64,000 nucleotides of DNA from assembly GCA_030141605.1 (NCBI GenBank), contig JAQGDQ010000089.1:186001-250000 (forward strand), written 5' to 3'. This document shows, one piece after another, positions 1-12,900 of this stretch. Position 1 is the stretch's first letter. The number at the start of each line of letters is the position of its first letter. Source of the DNA: Tubiluchus corallicola (taxonomy: Eukaryota; Animalia; Priapulida). Both the position numbers and the translations under genes were made by a program. The notes below the pieces were generated by a model, which was not told the origin of the DNA, searched no databases, and saw only the letters and a list, made by a program, of their open reading frames with translations.

Positions 1-394
1 AAAATGTCGTTGACTCACCTTGCCAGTGAGCCCCACAGACTTACCAAAACAAAAAAATTTTAATTTTCTTAGATAAAGTGATTTAAAATTTTGTTTAGTC
101 AGTACAATGAATGCTCTGATTATTTCTTCAAACTTTATGCAATGTTATCTAAACTTGTTTCAAAAGACTTATCTTCAAAATGACTACATCTAACAGTCAT
201 CCTGGGAGTTTAAATATTTAACTTTATATAGCATTACTACTAATGCAAGTACTGTACGCAAAAAGACAGCATGTAAGTGATACAAAAATTTCAAGTAGAA
301 TTTTTAACGAATGCTCAGAAGCCAAATTTGAATTTTGTGGAACTCTGTGCTAGTGGCACCTAGTCTTGCTTAATGGTTGAATAGTAATATTACT

Positions 395-830
395 CACTGG
401 CAAGGCTAAAGGGAGCAAGGAGAGCAAGTGCTCCCGATAAACACATTTTTTTCAAAATTGACACTTTTCAACAAAGGAGTCATTCAGCACTTTCAACAAA
501 AGATTCATTCAATATTTTACTTGACCAACCTGCCTCCCATGTTTTTGAAATGATCGCGTAACACATTTGTCAAGGTTGACTGATTGAACCAAATCTGATA
601 ATGGTAATAATATATATTTTTGCCAAACGATTGTCTAGACGTGATTGTCTAATAGTACACCCTTTAAATACAGAATAACAATTATGTACTTTCTTCGAAA
701 CTGTATCTTCCTCGTGCTGTTAAATACAAAATTAAAATGCATAACCAATGCGTTAAAAATTATTTGGTATGTGTCACGGCAGCTTTTTTGTGGTTGCTCC
801 CCCTATCTTTAGAACCTATCTACGCCCCTG
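395..830. mobile_element. Degenerate hAT-type MITE with 8-bp TSD (ATATTACT)
   Basis: ATATTACT at 387-394 and 831-838 flanks the element. The right end reads CAGGGGCGTAG on the - strand; the left end CACTGGCAAGG is a decayed match. Subterminal GGGAGCAAGG...TGCTCCC motifs are present. Confidence 0.5.
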
Positions 831-910
831 ATATTACTCAGTTAAAATCAATGAAAACTGCTAACGATATCTGTAACAACTAACAAACGATACTATTGCT
901 ACTGTAACAG

Positions 911-3900
911 ATTTGCTATTTGACCCAATGGATTCAGCCAAGAAGTTACTACGACCACTAGAAAGTGTGCAGGGGTACGATGATGAAATGGACCCTAACG
1001 TAGAAGTCGTCGGGCCTGGAACGTTTGTACCACGAAAGTGTGCGGCAGCAGCTTGGTTATTAGAATCCACAACGATAGCACCAATACCATCGGATGTAAG
1101 TAAGAAAACTGTCCATTGTGCATCAAACAAGAAATGCGTTTAGTTCTGTACTCAACTAATTCCGTTACAACCTCTTATCAAGAAAAGACTTTAACAAGAA
1201 TTGTAACATTAAGAAATCACAAAGTTAAACCTTTATCTGTAAGCAAGAGATGAATATCATAAGGGCTACTTGACTAAACTGTTTGGTATGTAAACACTTG
1301 GTACTTCTGCCTGCTCGCTTTGAGGGAGGACGAAAAAGCACCCAAAAATATTCATAAAAAAATTCAAAAAATCACGTTTGTTTCTTGAAGAACAAGGACA
1401 AAAAAACAAATATATTTTTAACACCCCTCTACTGCTTTGACATCTTTGTTATATTTACTACTTTCTGAATAAAAAGCAGAAAACTGGTCCTTATTAACTA
1501 CATCATAATTTAATAAATCATTACAGTTTATACATACGATATGGTCAAGTATAATCCTACTAATGACTGCAATATTGTTAAGTAAATGAATTCATCATTA
1601 CAGTCTAATTTCTTTAACCACAATTCTGCATTTTACAAGCTAGGATCAGCGCTCAGTGTTAAGAGTCACTAAATGTATATGTTGTGGCGGGACTGGAATC
1701 TAGCAAATTATCAAGGATAATCCTCTATGATCTGACACTGAACCGGCGAAGGTGTGTCAGTCACGTTTGGATGCTATCATGTGTCCACCGATGAATAAAT
1801 GAAGGCCGTGTAACAAATAACACCACCCAGAAGCAGTTTTCCTGGTGCACAGCCACCCATTTCCTGAGTCTATATCACACAACTTTGCAGCCAAACAAAC
1901 ACCCAACTATCTGCCTGATGCCTATAATGTCAAATCTTGTCTTGCAGAAATATACGTACCCGCCTGGATTTATTATTGGAAATGTCTCAACAGAAGAATT
2001 CACTTTTATATATCCGACGAGGGACGCTCCTGCTACAGCTGGTACCACAGGTATGTTTCTCAGCCATCGTGTGACTACCTCTCTTTTGACATGTGGACAA
2101 AATGTACATGACAAAAGAGTAATTTCACCTAATATGCTAATTCTGTTGATTCAATTGGTAAATTCGGTTAACATAGAATTATAAGACGGGCCTAAACCAA
2201 TAAACAAGTTTAGAAATCCCGTGTCCTTTGTATCTTCTTATTCCCCACCAAAAGTGACTAGGAAAGTGAACACCTAAGCACTTTGAATGATGCTGAAAAT
2301 AGGCCTAACCATGAAAAACTGTTTGCCTGTGAAATTGTTGAGCTATTTCATAATGCTAAATGCAACCAAAAGATGACATTCAGTAGCCCCTGGAACTATA
2401 GCAGTTTAGCCTGACTGGCCACCATAAGCTTTTTTAAGAATTTTTTTTCCTTTTTCGAAGTAAATCTGAAAGTAAGGTGGCTTCAAGAACTGCTTTCCGC
2501 ATTTCGGAATGAGTTTTATATGTGTAAATACCGCTTTACCCAAGTTGCATATGATAAAGTTTCTGGGTTCCTTGAGTTTCTAAGGTCTAAAAAGCATTAT
2601 TGTGGAGTAATTGATCTGTAAATTATCTATCTGCACCAGATTAATCGAAGCACAACCTCAAACCTCTTTTGAAGGTTGCAGTGGCCCATACAAAAGCTTG
2701 ATGTGCCTAGGGTGAACTCCTTGATTGTACATGTGATTTTACCTACTTTGTGGGACTATAGGGCTGCTTGTACAACAAAATTAACAGCGATAATTTCAAA
2801 TTTTAAAAAAAAATTAATGTTAATTTCAGTCTGACAGGGTTCCTCCTAAAATGGATGCCCTATGCCACTGCAGGGCATTCTAACAATCCATTCCAGCATT
2901 ATAATTGAGTATAAAATAATGTAAATACACATTTTAAATGCATTCTATAGAGTCATCATATTTTACCACTAATTGACCTACCTGATCAATACAAGCAAAA
3001 CCTCGTAAATGCAGACACATATAATAATAAATTTCAATGCTATAATAGAGCATAAAACTGAATAGATCCACATTTTACTAACAAACTCATTATGTTTTAT
3101 AGTTGCCATCATCATCATCGTTATCTTACTCGTGATTGTCGTCATCTGCATTGCCGTCTATGCATACAAGTCCAATCAGAGCGCCAAAAAGAGGAAGGCA
3201 GAGACCAAAGACCAAGTGCAGGATGAGCAAGAAAAGCAGGCCATGCTGAAACAGAAGACAGCACAGAAACAAGGTTAGTACCTTCAGTCGATGCAGTAAT
3301 TTTCAGTAATTTATTAATAAAATTTGTAAAATAAAAATGACATGCAGCACACTTAAGAAAAGACATGGTTCTTATCCAGACATAACATCTCAATGAATCG
3401 CAACGCCGTTGCTGTAGCAATTTGAGTCGTAATTAGTGGTTTTGGGTACAAATTTTCTCCAAACCTGTCTTGAAGAAGATCTACAACCTAAATTTATTAA
3501 CCTAAATTTATTCAATTCAGAACGGCAAACAAATACTTAAGCAGTGATGGTGAGTACAAAAGATGCCAGATTTCATTACTTAAGATAGTTAATGCACAGC
3601 AGAGATTGCTGACACCGAGGAATGAAGCACTTTTGCAGCTAAGGAGTACAGTCTCATGACTGGACTTTCCCACCAAGTGTTTACAGATGTTGTGTCTAAA
3701 TAAAAGCCATGTCTTTTCTTAAGTGGGTGCTGGCTGTCATTTTTATTTTAAGAATTCGTTTTCCCAATCACCAATCAGTTTCTCAAGTAATAAAATTTGC
3801 TTTGCAAAAACACATTTACGATTTACATCACTAATAAGTTACAAAGAAATTTGCAACATGCTTATTGCTAACATTTGCTTAAAGATAGTATGTTGCAACA

Positions 3901-6900
3901 CAATAGAACAGCAAAATTTCTTAACCTTCCATATAAAACATGTCAAGTCTAACTAGACTACAACCACACTTTATGAACTCGTATATAAGTCGCTGACATA
4001 ATCATAGCTAATATTTTTTGCTTTTCTGTAAATAGATTCTCCTTATCACACCTGATACAAAATGTATTGGAAAACTCTTTTCATTTATGACTCAAGCAAA
4101 ATATAACTACGGGGTTAATTTGCACAAATAATTAGAAAATAGATACGTTTTGCACTATAGGTGATAACAAAATTGTATAATTAATTTAATCCTCAAAAAG
4201 AAATAATAACACTATACTATCCATAACATATGCTTCAAACTATACTATTACTAATTACAAACTATACTATTTTTTGCTGCAAAGACAATGCATATCTTTA
4301 TCAACACAGACTCAGCGACTATGCTAGCAATAATTTTTTTTGTAATTTACATGAAGGATTAAACGTGAGTTTGTATGCTTACTGACGGCATCAAGTAAAA
4401 TTTTGTGTTTACATAAACAATTTTGCCTTTTATGGTATAACAGCTGTAGTCTTAATAACAAAAAGTAGCTATAGATTATAAGACTTCATAATTGCTGTAT
4501 GTGAGAATGTAAAACAGCCTGTGAAATGTCCCCCCTTATAGGGGGTGCTGGCGTGTGCATGGTAAAGTGGGAAACACAAAAGGGGAGGGGTGGGCATTAC
4601 ACAGACTGTATGCAAATAGAATCTGACTCTCCACTTTACCATGAATGCGCCAGAATAGACATCGAACTTTTATAAAAGCATTCTTGAATGCGTGTGTCCA
4701 TTTCAGTATTCTTGCCAAGAATTTTAATTGAACAACAAAATTCAAAATTATCCATCAAATGTGCAAAGAAGCAATGCACAATTGTGTGATTTCTGGGGCA
4801 TGCTGGGAAGAACTTCAATGACTGCATTGAATTATCCTTCCCAGTCGGCCTTGCAGAAGACATTGTTTCCCCAGGGGAATAGGCATTGCCCACTATTTTC
4901 AATACAAAATTATGCCAACATTGTTCTCTCAAATGCTTGACAAGAAAAGTAATTCAGTTTTAACAAATCAATTTTATCACTTCAAATTATCTATACCTGA
5001 TTTTCATATTCGTTCTAGAACCCGCATAATGCCAGACTCATGGTAAAGTGAGAAAGTACAATTCTTTGCACAGAGCTGCCATTAATCTTCCCACGATACA
5101 TCATTTAGCGGGTGGTTACTGTTGGAGATGAAAACCAAACAAGCGCCTGCCTGGAACAGACGCTGCTAGTCATTACTCATGTTTATATGTTAGTAGAATG
5201 TAATGTCTTGTCTTGAACATGCATTTGTGTGAGCCATTTTAATATAATTAATTAGAAATGCTAAAGTTTTTGTGTTTTATCGTTATTTTAATGGAAGATG
5301 CGCTCAAAACCTCTCGCCATCACCTTTTACATAGCACATCTCGACCGAGTCTGTAGCCAGTGTAAGTGGTGACTTAGACTTGGTATTATAATGTATTTGT
5401 AAGTAAAGGTGCTGCCGCATAGAGACTTCAAGCGACATCCTTTATCATAGCGAACTTAATAAATTAATGGCTTCACCAAGCGTGCCTTAAAACAATGATT
5501 GACTTGGGTTGATTGATAATTAATTTACGAACCAAAAGTGCCATACAGAAAATATATGGAAAATTAGAGAATTTACGACTGTAGATTTTAAGTACATTAC
5601 TGTACTTTTTCTGATTCTCATTTAGTAAGGTGAAACGATAAACAAAAAGTTGAAGAAAGAATATGTTCTACTAGCTTTCGTGACATTATGCATTAGAATC
5701 ATAATTCTGTATTATACACATACAGAAAGAATGATATCATGCTTACAACAATTAGCCTTATGGCTGTAAACCAACCAGCCACTTGTAACAGATATGGACT
5801 GCATTAGGATTTGAACCCAGCACCTCCTGCTTACGTGGCAGGTTGCTCTACTGTTTGAGCTACTGGCTCAACCTAGCAGAGGTGGTCAGAATTCCCACAC
5901 ACATATATACCTAAAATGAATATCACCTAGGTCTTATGGCTGCTTAGTTGCCAGGTGTCAAAATGCTTAAATAAAAATTAATGCATAAATTAACGAACAA
6001 CTAATCAAGGGAATTATTTCGTAAATCATTAATTTATATAGATATATACAGATATGCATATTTTGTGTACTTGTAGTGCAGTGAGTAGTTTGTGGCATGG
6101 AAACTAGCATGTAGTTTGATGATAATGCAATTACACAAGTGAAAAATTAGTTTACGTGGCTTTTAATATTTTTAGCATCATTATTAATAATAGTAGAACA
6201 TTCCCATAGACTATCTGACATTTTCGTGTGTTATATGTGTTATAGTATAGAATGCAACATAAGCAAACGTAGCTGGTCTGTAATATTTAGTAAGTACTAT
6301 GTTTCATAAGTTTACTCAGAAATAAAAAGTATATAAAATCATTTTATTGCATATACGAGAATGCGCAGATAATGTCAAGAAATGCATTATTTTTGCTAGT
6401 TTGAAATTTGTAGACTAGTCAGAAAATTGTATTGTAAAGCTACGGTTGTGATAATGTGTTTGGGGTTATTGGGAAACAACAAGAACATGGCTAAAAGCTG
6501 TGACAAGTTATTTGTATATGTGACCCTGTATTTTACTAGCATTGTTCAGTACTAAATTAACAATTAGATCTTTTGCCCATACATGTTTAATGTATGAAAT
6601 GTCAGCACGAGTTTTCCAGTTACCATATACTAGTAGTACATAAATTTCATGCAAATAAATTCTTCGACATCTACAAAACTCACGTAGCGACGACCTAAGT
6701 TTAAAATAAATGTAACTGTGAAGACATCCTTGGAAACCTACCACATACACAGTGTACAGTTCAATACCTATGACAACTGTTTACTTTTTGAGTTCTCACT
6801 ACCTTGCTAATGTTTAAACACTCATAACTAGTTAGTTTTATGAAAACTCAGTAAACCGTTAAACCAATGCTAAAATTCCTGTCTATATTTTCTTAAAAGG

Positions 6901-9900
6901 GTATTTTCTGCATTTGAATGAATAAACAAAACTGAATATTTACAGTGTTTGTTGTAGTTTAAATATGACAATATCAAAATTACATAGAAGTTACAAACCT
7001 TAAGAGGTCAACACTGGGCTACACTTCCAACAGATGTGAGATCTGAAAAAAATCATTAATTTCACGAAATCTTTAGACAATGAAACAAAAAGCAAAATGA
7101 TGAAAAGCTTTCCTCAAAGCATTTTTGCATTAACCCTAACACAGTCAATACCGTCACTTGCAAATGACAAATTAGCAAATTGTTGTTAAACAATTTTTAC
7201 AAAAACATGCTTTTTGGTCATTTTACAACTTCAAACAGAAAACTATATAAAAAAAGGTCGCAATGCAAAGTGAGTTAGTCAATCAATTTTGTTGCCAAAG
7301 CAAGACTGTTAACTATCCTGGTATGATAATTAATAGAAGTAGTTAGGTAGCTAAGTACACACTACTCCACATTACAATCAAAGAAAACAAAATACTGAGC
7401 AATCCATATTGATGAAGACGACAGATGACATGTTTTTTCATACTCACTGATGAATTTGCATTAGTAGAAACGCATTTAAGAATCACTTTCATAGTCAGAA
7501 AACAGCCAGACCAAAAAGTCAGCTTTCATTTTTTGCCTAATTACATGTGTTATTTATAGTATTATATGTTGCATAAGAAAATGTGCCACTTACTAGAAGA
7601 ACATAATTTTAAAAATTCTTATGCCAAAATGGCAAGAAACAAAGACATTTTAAATTACAACTTTTTTATACCACAGTTGACTAAAGAATCTAAATATTTT
7701 ATCAATGTTTTACCTATCCTTTACCTTTGCATCCACTACTACTACCAGGTGACATTAACAGCAATGTTCATATCGAGAATGAACGTGACGCTGATCCAGA
7801 TGACGGAATCGAAATGAAGCCATTGATGAAAGCAGAAAGTGACAACACTATGTTAACACCCAAACCGGATGAGCAAAAACAGCAACCGTTTGGAAAGCAG
7901 CAACCGTCAAGAGAGATGGAAGAACTAAGAACTCCAAGTTACTGTAGCAACCAACCAGGTTAGATACCTTTTAACAATTCTCTCACTGTAAATGGTGAAA
8001 AATTATCAGTCCCATTATAATGATCCTCTGCAAACAGTTTGCACAGAGCTTTTATTTTCCACTTAATTGAAAATTAAATTCAACTAGAATGCATATTAGT
8101 ATACAAAACCTTTGTAGCTTAATTGGTTAATCACTTGTGCTATCCAGGAGAGCACCAGTTCAATACCTTCCTAACCCTTTTTTGCACACTCAATCAAATA
8201 TTTCACATTTTCCTCCGCTTCTCCTCTTCTTTCTGCAACCTAAGGTTAAGTTCATGGATTGATGATACACATGCCACGGTGAATTGTAGTGGTAGTAACT
8301 GAGTAAGGCAAACCGATTTTCGGTTACCAATTACTAGTAAGTAGTAACAAACCGATTCTCGCTAAAACATTAAAACTAAATAGGTCTGCTTAGCTATATG
8401 TATTACTGCAATGTAGCCTGTGCCCTATATTGTTCAGTGATGAATAAAACTTGGTTAACACACTTTATTTGTCCTGTGTTATTACACTTGTAACTGCCAG
8501 TCGTAAGTGATACGTAACTAATTGCTGTAGTTGTTACTAATTGTTTTAAGTTTTGCACAACTTTTAACTACACTTTATGCTACAACATCAACTGCCGCAT
8601 AATATTTGTTACATGCTTAGTGTGTTTTTTGCCTATGTAACTAATAACCTTGTTATGTGTTTATAGAAAAAGGCATACTGGGCATACCAGTTGATCCAAA
8701 TGCAAACATATATGATGATGCGCACCCAGTACCAAGCAATCAAAATACTGCAGGTATAACCCAATTGCTCATGATCGACTTACAAGTTATCACAAAATTT
8801 GTCAATATGTCCAGACTCTTATACCATTTGCTCTCATACACATGACCCAGATGGTTACTCTTTCTAGCAAAAAGAAGTCCATGCATTTCTGGTCCACTCA
8901 ACTACCAGTGTTCATTAAGACACTTATACATTAATACAAAATTGATTCCAGTCCACTTAACTTTAATCAAGTATACTCGACATGAAAAAAAATCACAAAT
9001 CTATATAGCTAATGCTGGGAATCATGCTGAATGTTCATTACAAAATTAAAATACGTAATTTATGCTCCTGTTAGCAATTAAGGTAACAACATACCTAGTA
9101 GTTACCTTCAGGCTGCATTAGTATATAAGCCTACAATAAGTCCTACACAGTAAGGCCTATACAGTCCTGGATGAAAGGGCACTAGTGTATTTCAGCAAAA
9201 TGTACAATTATGGCACAGCGCATCAATTTAGGTGCTTTCGTTATGCAACACAGCACTATTCGTAATTTGATGCTATGTTCCCCAATTTAAGTCAAGTGGC
9301 GTATTTAATAACTTTTACTTCAGAACATCTAAATATGTGATTAATTGTCCTCATCTTGGTTTCTTCCCAGGTATTGGTGCTTGATGTAATGCTGTAGTAA
9401 GTGGAGAATCCTACAGTAATCTGATGACGTGTCCAATCCATCTAAGCCGATACTTGTGTATGACCTCACTTCATTCCTCTTTCTTTGCTAAAACATATAA
9501 ATCCTGATTTGAAATTTTCTTTGGCCATTTTATACCCAGCAGTATTCTGTACAGACGTCTTTGGGTTTCATTCTTCTGGGCAACTTTGACTGTACACAAT
9601 TCAGAATTATACAATACAGGTTCTACATGTAGTGTAGTTTCTACGGTTAGATTCAGATTTTCAAAAATGTTATGGGCTTAGAATATGCAGCCAAAGCTAA
9701 TATTTTTCTGCATGGTATGTCAGCTTCAGTGCCTAGTAAAATACCAAGGTATGTGCAATTCTTCCAAGACGTATCCCCAACAAGTTGTATTGACTATTGT
9801 GTATTGTACTGTTGGCGTCATTTATCTTTAGATTGAAGTTTCTCACCTTCGCGGTGAGTAAACCCTAATTTCCGTTTCTTACACCGATCTCTGATTCACC

Positions 9901-12900
9901 GATAGAGCCAAAAGCAACCTTGTCGAGTTATTCGTCGTTGGTTTACTCTTCTCCTAATATGCCAAATTGGTATTAAAATAGACTGTTTCTCGCACGGAGT
10001 TCCACATCAGGAGACTCAAAGGAGATCCAGATATTGCATAATTATGCTCTTGCTGAATAGTCGGATTGAATTTGGATCTAACATTGTGTACATATGATCT
10101 ACAGGCTGTGCAAGTAGCATGTACGCATGCTATTAGCAAAATTAAAAATTAGTGTAGCCAGCAAGGCACGAAATCTTCCTGATCCTCTGATTTTTGGACT
10201 GTATTGGACAAATACGGCACACCCGCTGCACCGCACTGTTAACGAGAGCTTGTCTTTTGCAAAATAGTAATGTGATTTTGATCTGTTTTGTTGGTTCTGA
10301 AATGAACAATTGACGGAACAGTTTGGAATGAAAGCAAGCTGAACCACACTAAACTATTACAAACAAGGCATAATCAGTAAGCCTAGAGTCTCTATAACTC
10401 TATCTGTTGTGAACAGAAAGCCTTCACTATTTGATTCATGCTCCAAAGTCGTTTATTCTAAACAGAATAATAAAAAGAACATTAACAAGTAAGAAAATGA
10501 ATAAAATGATAAACTGAAGCTCAGTAAATACAAAGAAGTCAACTTATTGGCAAAGTACTTTCTCAAACTTGAGAGATTGAATTCACAACTTAATTAAATT
10601 ATTCAAATTGATGTAACTCACATCGTTGGCTCTTCGTCAAGATTTAAAATTTCTCAAGGTACAAAATTCGGTTATGACTAAACGATGTTATTAAATGTAA
10701 CACAATAACGACAAAAACATTGCTGTGATAAAAAAAACACGACCACCATTGTTCCCCTCCTGTCCTTTCCTCCTCACTCGTAGAGGGCAGCACCTTCCAA
10801 TACATAGGTGTCGTTATGCATATTGCCGTTACACTCCCCCTCTAAAATGCGAAGTCACAAAGCATTTTACCAAAAATTTCCAGTAAGCAGTTAGTCGGCA
10901 CCCTCTAGAAGACAGAGCTTGTGAATGGGGCGCTCTAAAAATCCAGCTTTCACTTTAAGTGTAGCACTTCTCACTAACCCATCTTCGCCTACATGAACTT
11001 GCTCTACCTTGCCCAGTGGCCACAGATTTCTGGGTGTGGTCTCCTTCACAAGCACCACATCATTGACTTTGAGATTTCTTTTTGGCACAGTCCACTTGTT
11101 CCGTTGCTGTAAGGATGACAAGTACTCTCTGGTCCATCTGCTCCAAAAGACATTCACTAAGTGTTGAATGTGTCGCCACTTGCGTCTGTAACGATCAGAC
11201 TCAGAAAACACTCCTCGTGGCAGTGAGGCAGCATTGTGAGCTAAAAGCAGATGATTTGGTGTCAATGGTTCTGCATCCTTTGGATCATCTGAAATCGGCG
11301 TTAACGGCCTTCCATTAATTATTGCCTCCGTTAAACAGAATACAGTGGATAATCCTTCATCATCAAGGGTCTGTCCATCTAAAAGGTGGACCAATATCCT
11401 TCTGACTGATCTTATCATCCTTTCCCAACAACCTCCCATGTGTGAAGCAGCTGGTGGATTGTACTCCCACTCTATGTTACGTTGATGTAGCTGACTAGTG
11501 ATGTTCTGATGGTTCCAGCCTAACATAGCTTTTTGAAGCTCCCTGTCTGCTCCAACTATGTTTGTCCCATGGTCCGACCTGATCACATTTGGCTTTCCCC
11601 TCTTGCTAATAAATCGGAAGAGGGCATTAACAAAGTTATCAGTGGTCATGTCAAAAAGAACTTCTAGATGAATAGATCGCACTGCCATGCACGTAAATAA
11701 ACATCCATATCTCTTAGCAGATGTGCGCCCTCTCTTTACACAAAAGGGCCCAAAACAATCTACCCCCACTGAGGAGAATACTGAATCTCTTGAAATCCTA
11801 TCGCTGGGTAAGTCAGCCATCTTTTGGCCCAGCGTGGGTGCATACAAATGTCTGCACCTGCGACAGTCCTTTATAGCCTTTCTTGCGATAGTTCTCAGTC
11901 CAATGATCCAAAACTTGCCTCTGACTACAGACATAGTGTAATTGCATCCAGCATGGCAGTTTTCCTCATGGTAGTGTCGGACAACTAGGCGAGAAAAAAC
12001 ATGGTCTTTTGGCAGTATTATTGGGTGCTTAGCTTGTTTAGCTAAAGGAGCTTTGGCTAGTCTGCCTCCAACTACCAATATGCCTTTATCTGATTTCTGA
12101 GGGTCCAATTGATACAAATGACTGGTTTTGAGTACATTCTGTCCCGTGAGCTCTTCTTTGAAGTGTATGTACTGCACATGTCTAATGATTTCTTCCTCAG
12201 CCTCCATTAGTTCCTTCAAAGAAAGGGCAGTGTGCTTTGACATAGTACGGACCCTCTTAAGTACTTTGTCTCTCAACAATCGTTTCAGACGTAGGAGATA
12301 AGCTACACATCTTTTTAGCCGATGCAGATTTGAATAATGCTCACACAACATGTCGATGACATTATCATCCTTTTCTACTGCTTTAGACGTGTAGACCACC
12401 ATAGGACTTTTCTTAATTTCGGAATCATCTGAGACATCTTTGCCTTTGATACTATCACCGATCTTTGGCCATTGCTCTCGCTTGCCTTTCAGAAATGTGG
12501 GGCCATTTATCCACCTGCTTTCCTTCACCAGATCTAATGCTGCAATTCCCCTTGTTGCATCATCTGCTGGATTGTCTGCTCCTGGTAGGTGATGCCATTG
12601 TTGTGGTGAAGTTAGTTCCTGAATGACAGCCAAACGATTGGCAACAAAGGTTTTATACCTTGCAACTTCATTATTCAAGTAGCCTAATACTATTGAGCTG
12701 TCCGTCCAGAATATGGATTCATCAATGTGCATGTTAAATTCCTGTCGTAATATGTGATCTACTCTAGCTGATAGCATGGCTGCAGAAAGCTCCAGTCTGG
12801 GAATTGTCATACCCCTCATAGGTGCCAAGCGTGATTTGCCCAAGATGAAGGAGACATGTACTTTTCCATCGTTGTTCTCGAATCGCACGTAGGACACTGT

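Noticed and set aside
1-45. Possible exon end at 25 (GCCA|GTGAGC, phase 1) or - strand donor-like motifs
   Set aside because: There is too little context at the window edge to choose between strands, so it is not included in the gene model.
861-1130. 89-aa - strand ORF
   Set aside because: It is antisense to the + strand exon 911-1095, which has proper splice sites and joins the next exon in phase.
5796-5869. Functional tRNA genes (also 29793-29872 and 38615-38687)
   Set aside because: Acceptor and D stems do not pair, so they are reported only as SINE-like or pseudogene heads.
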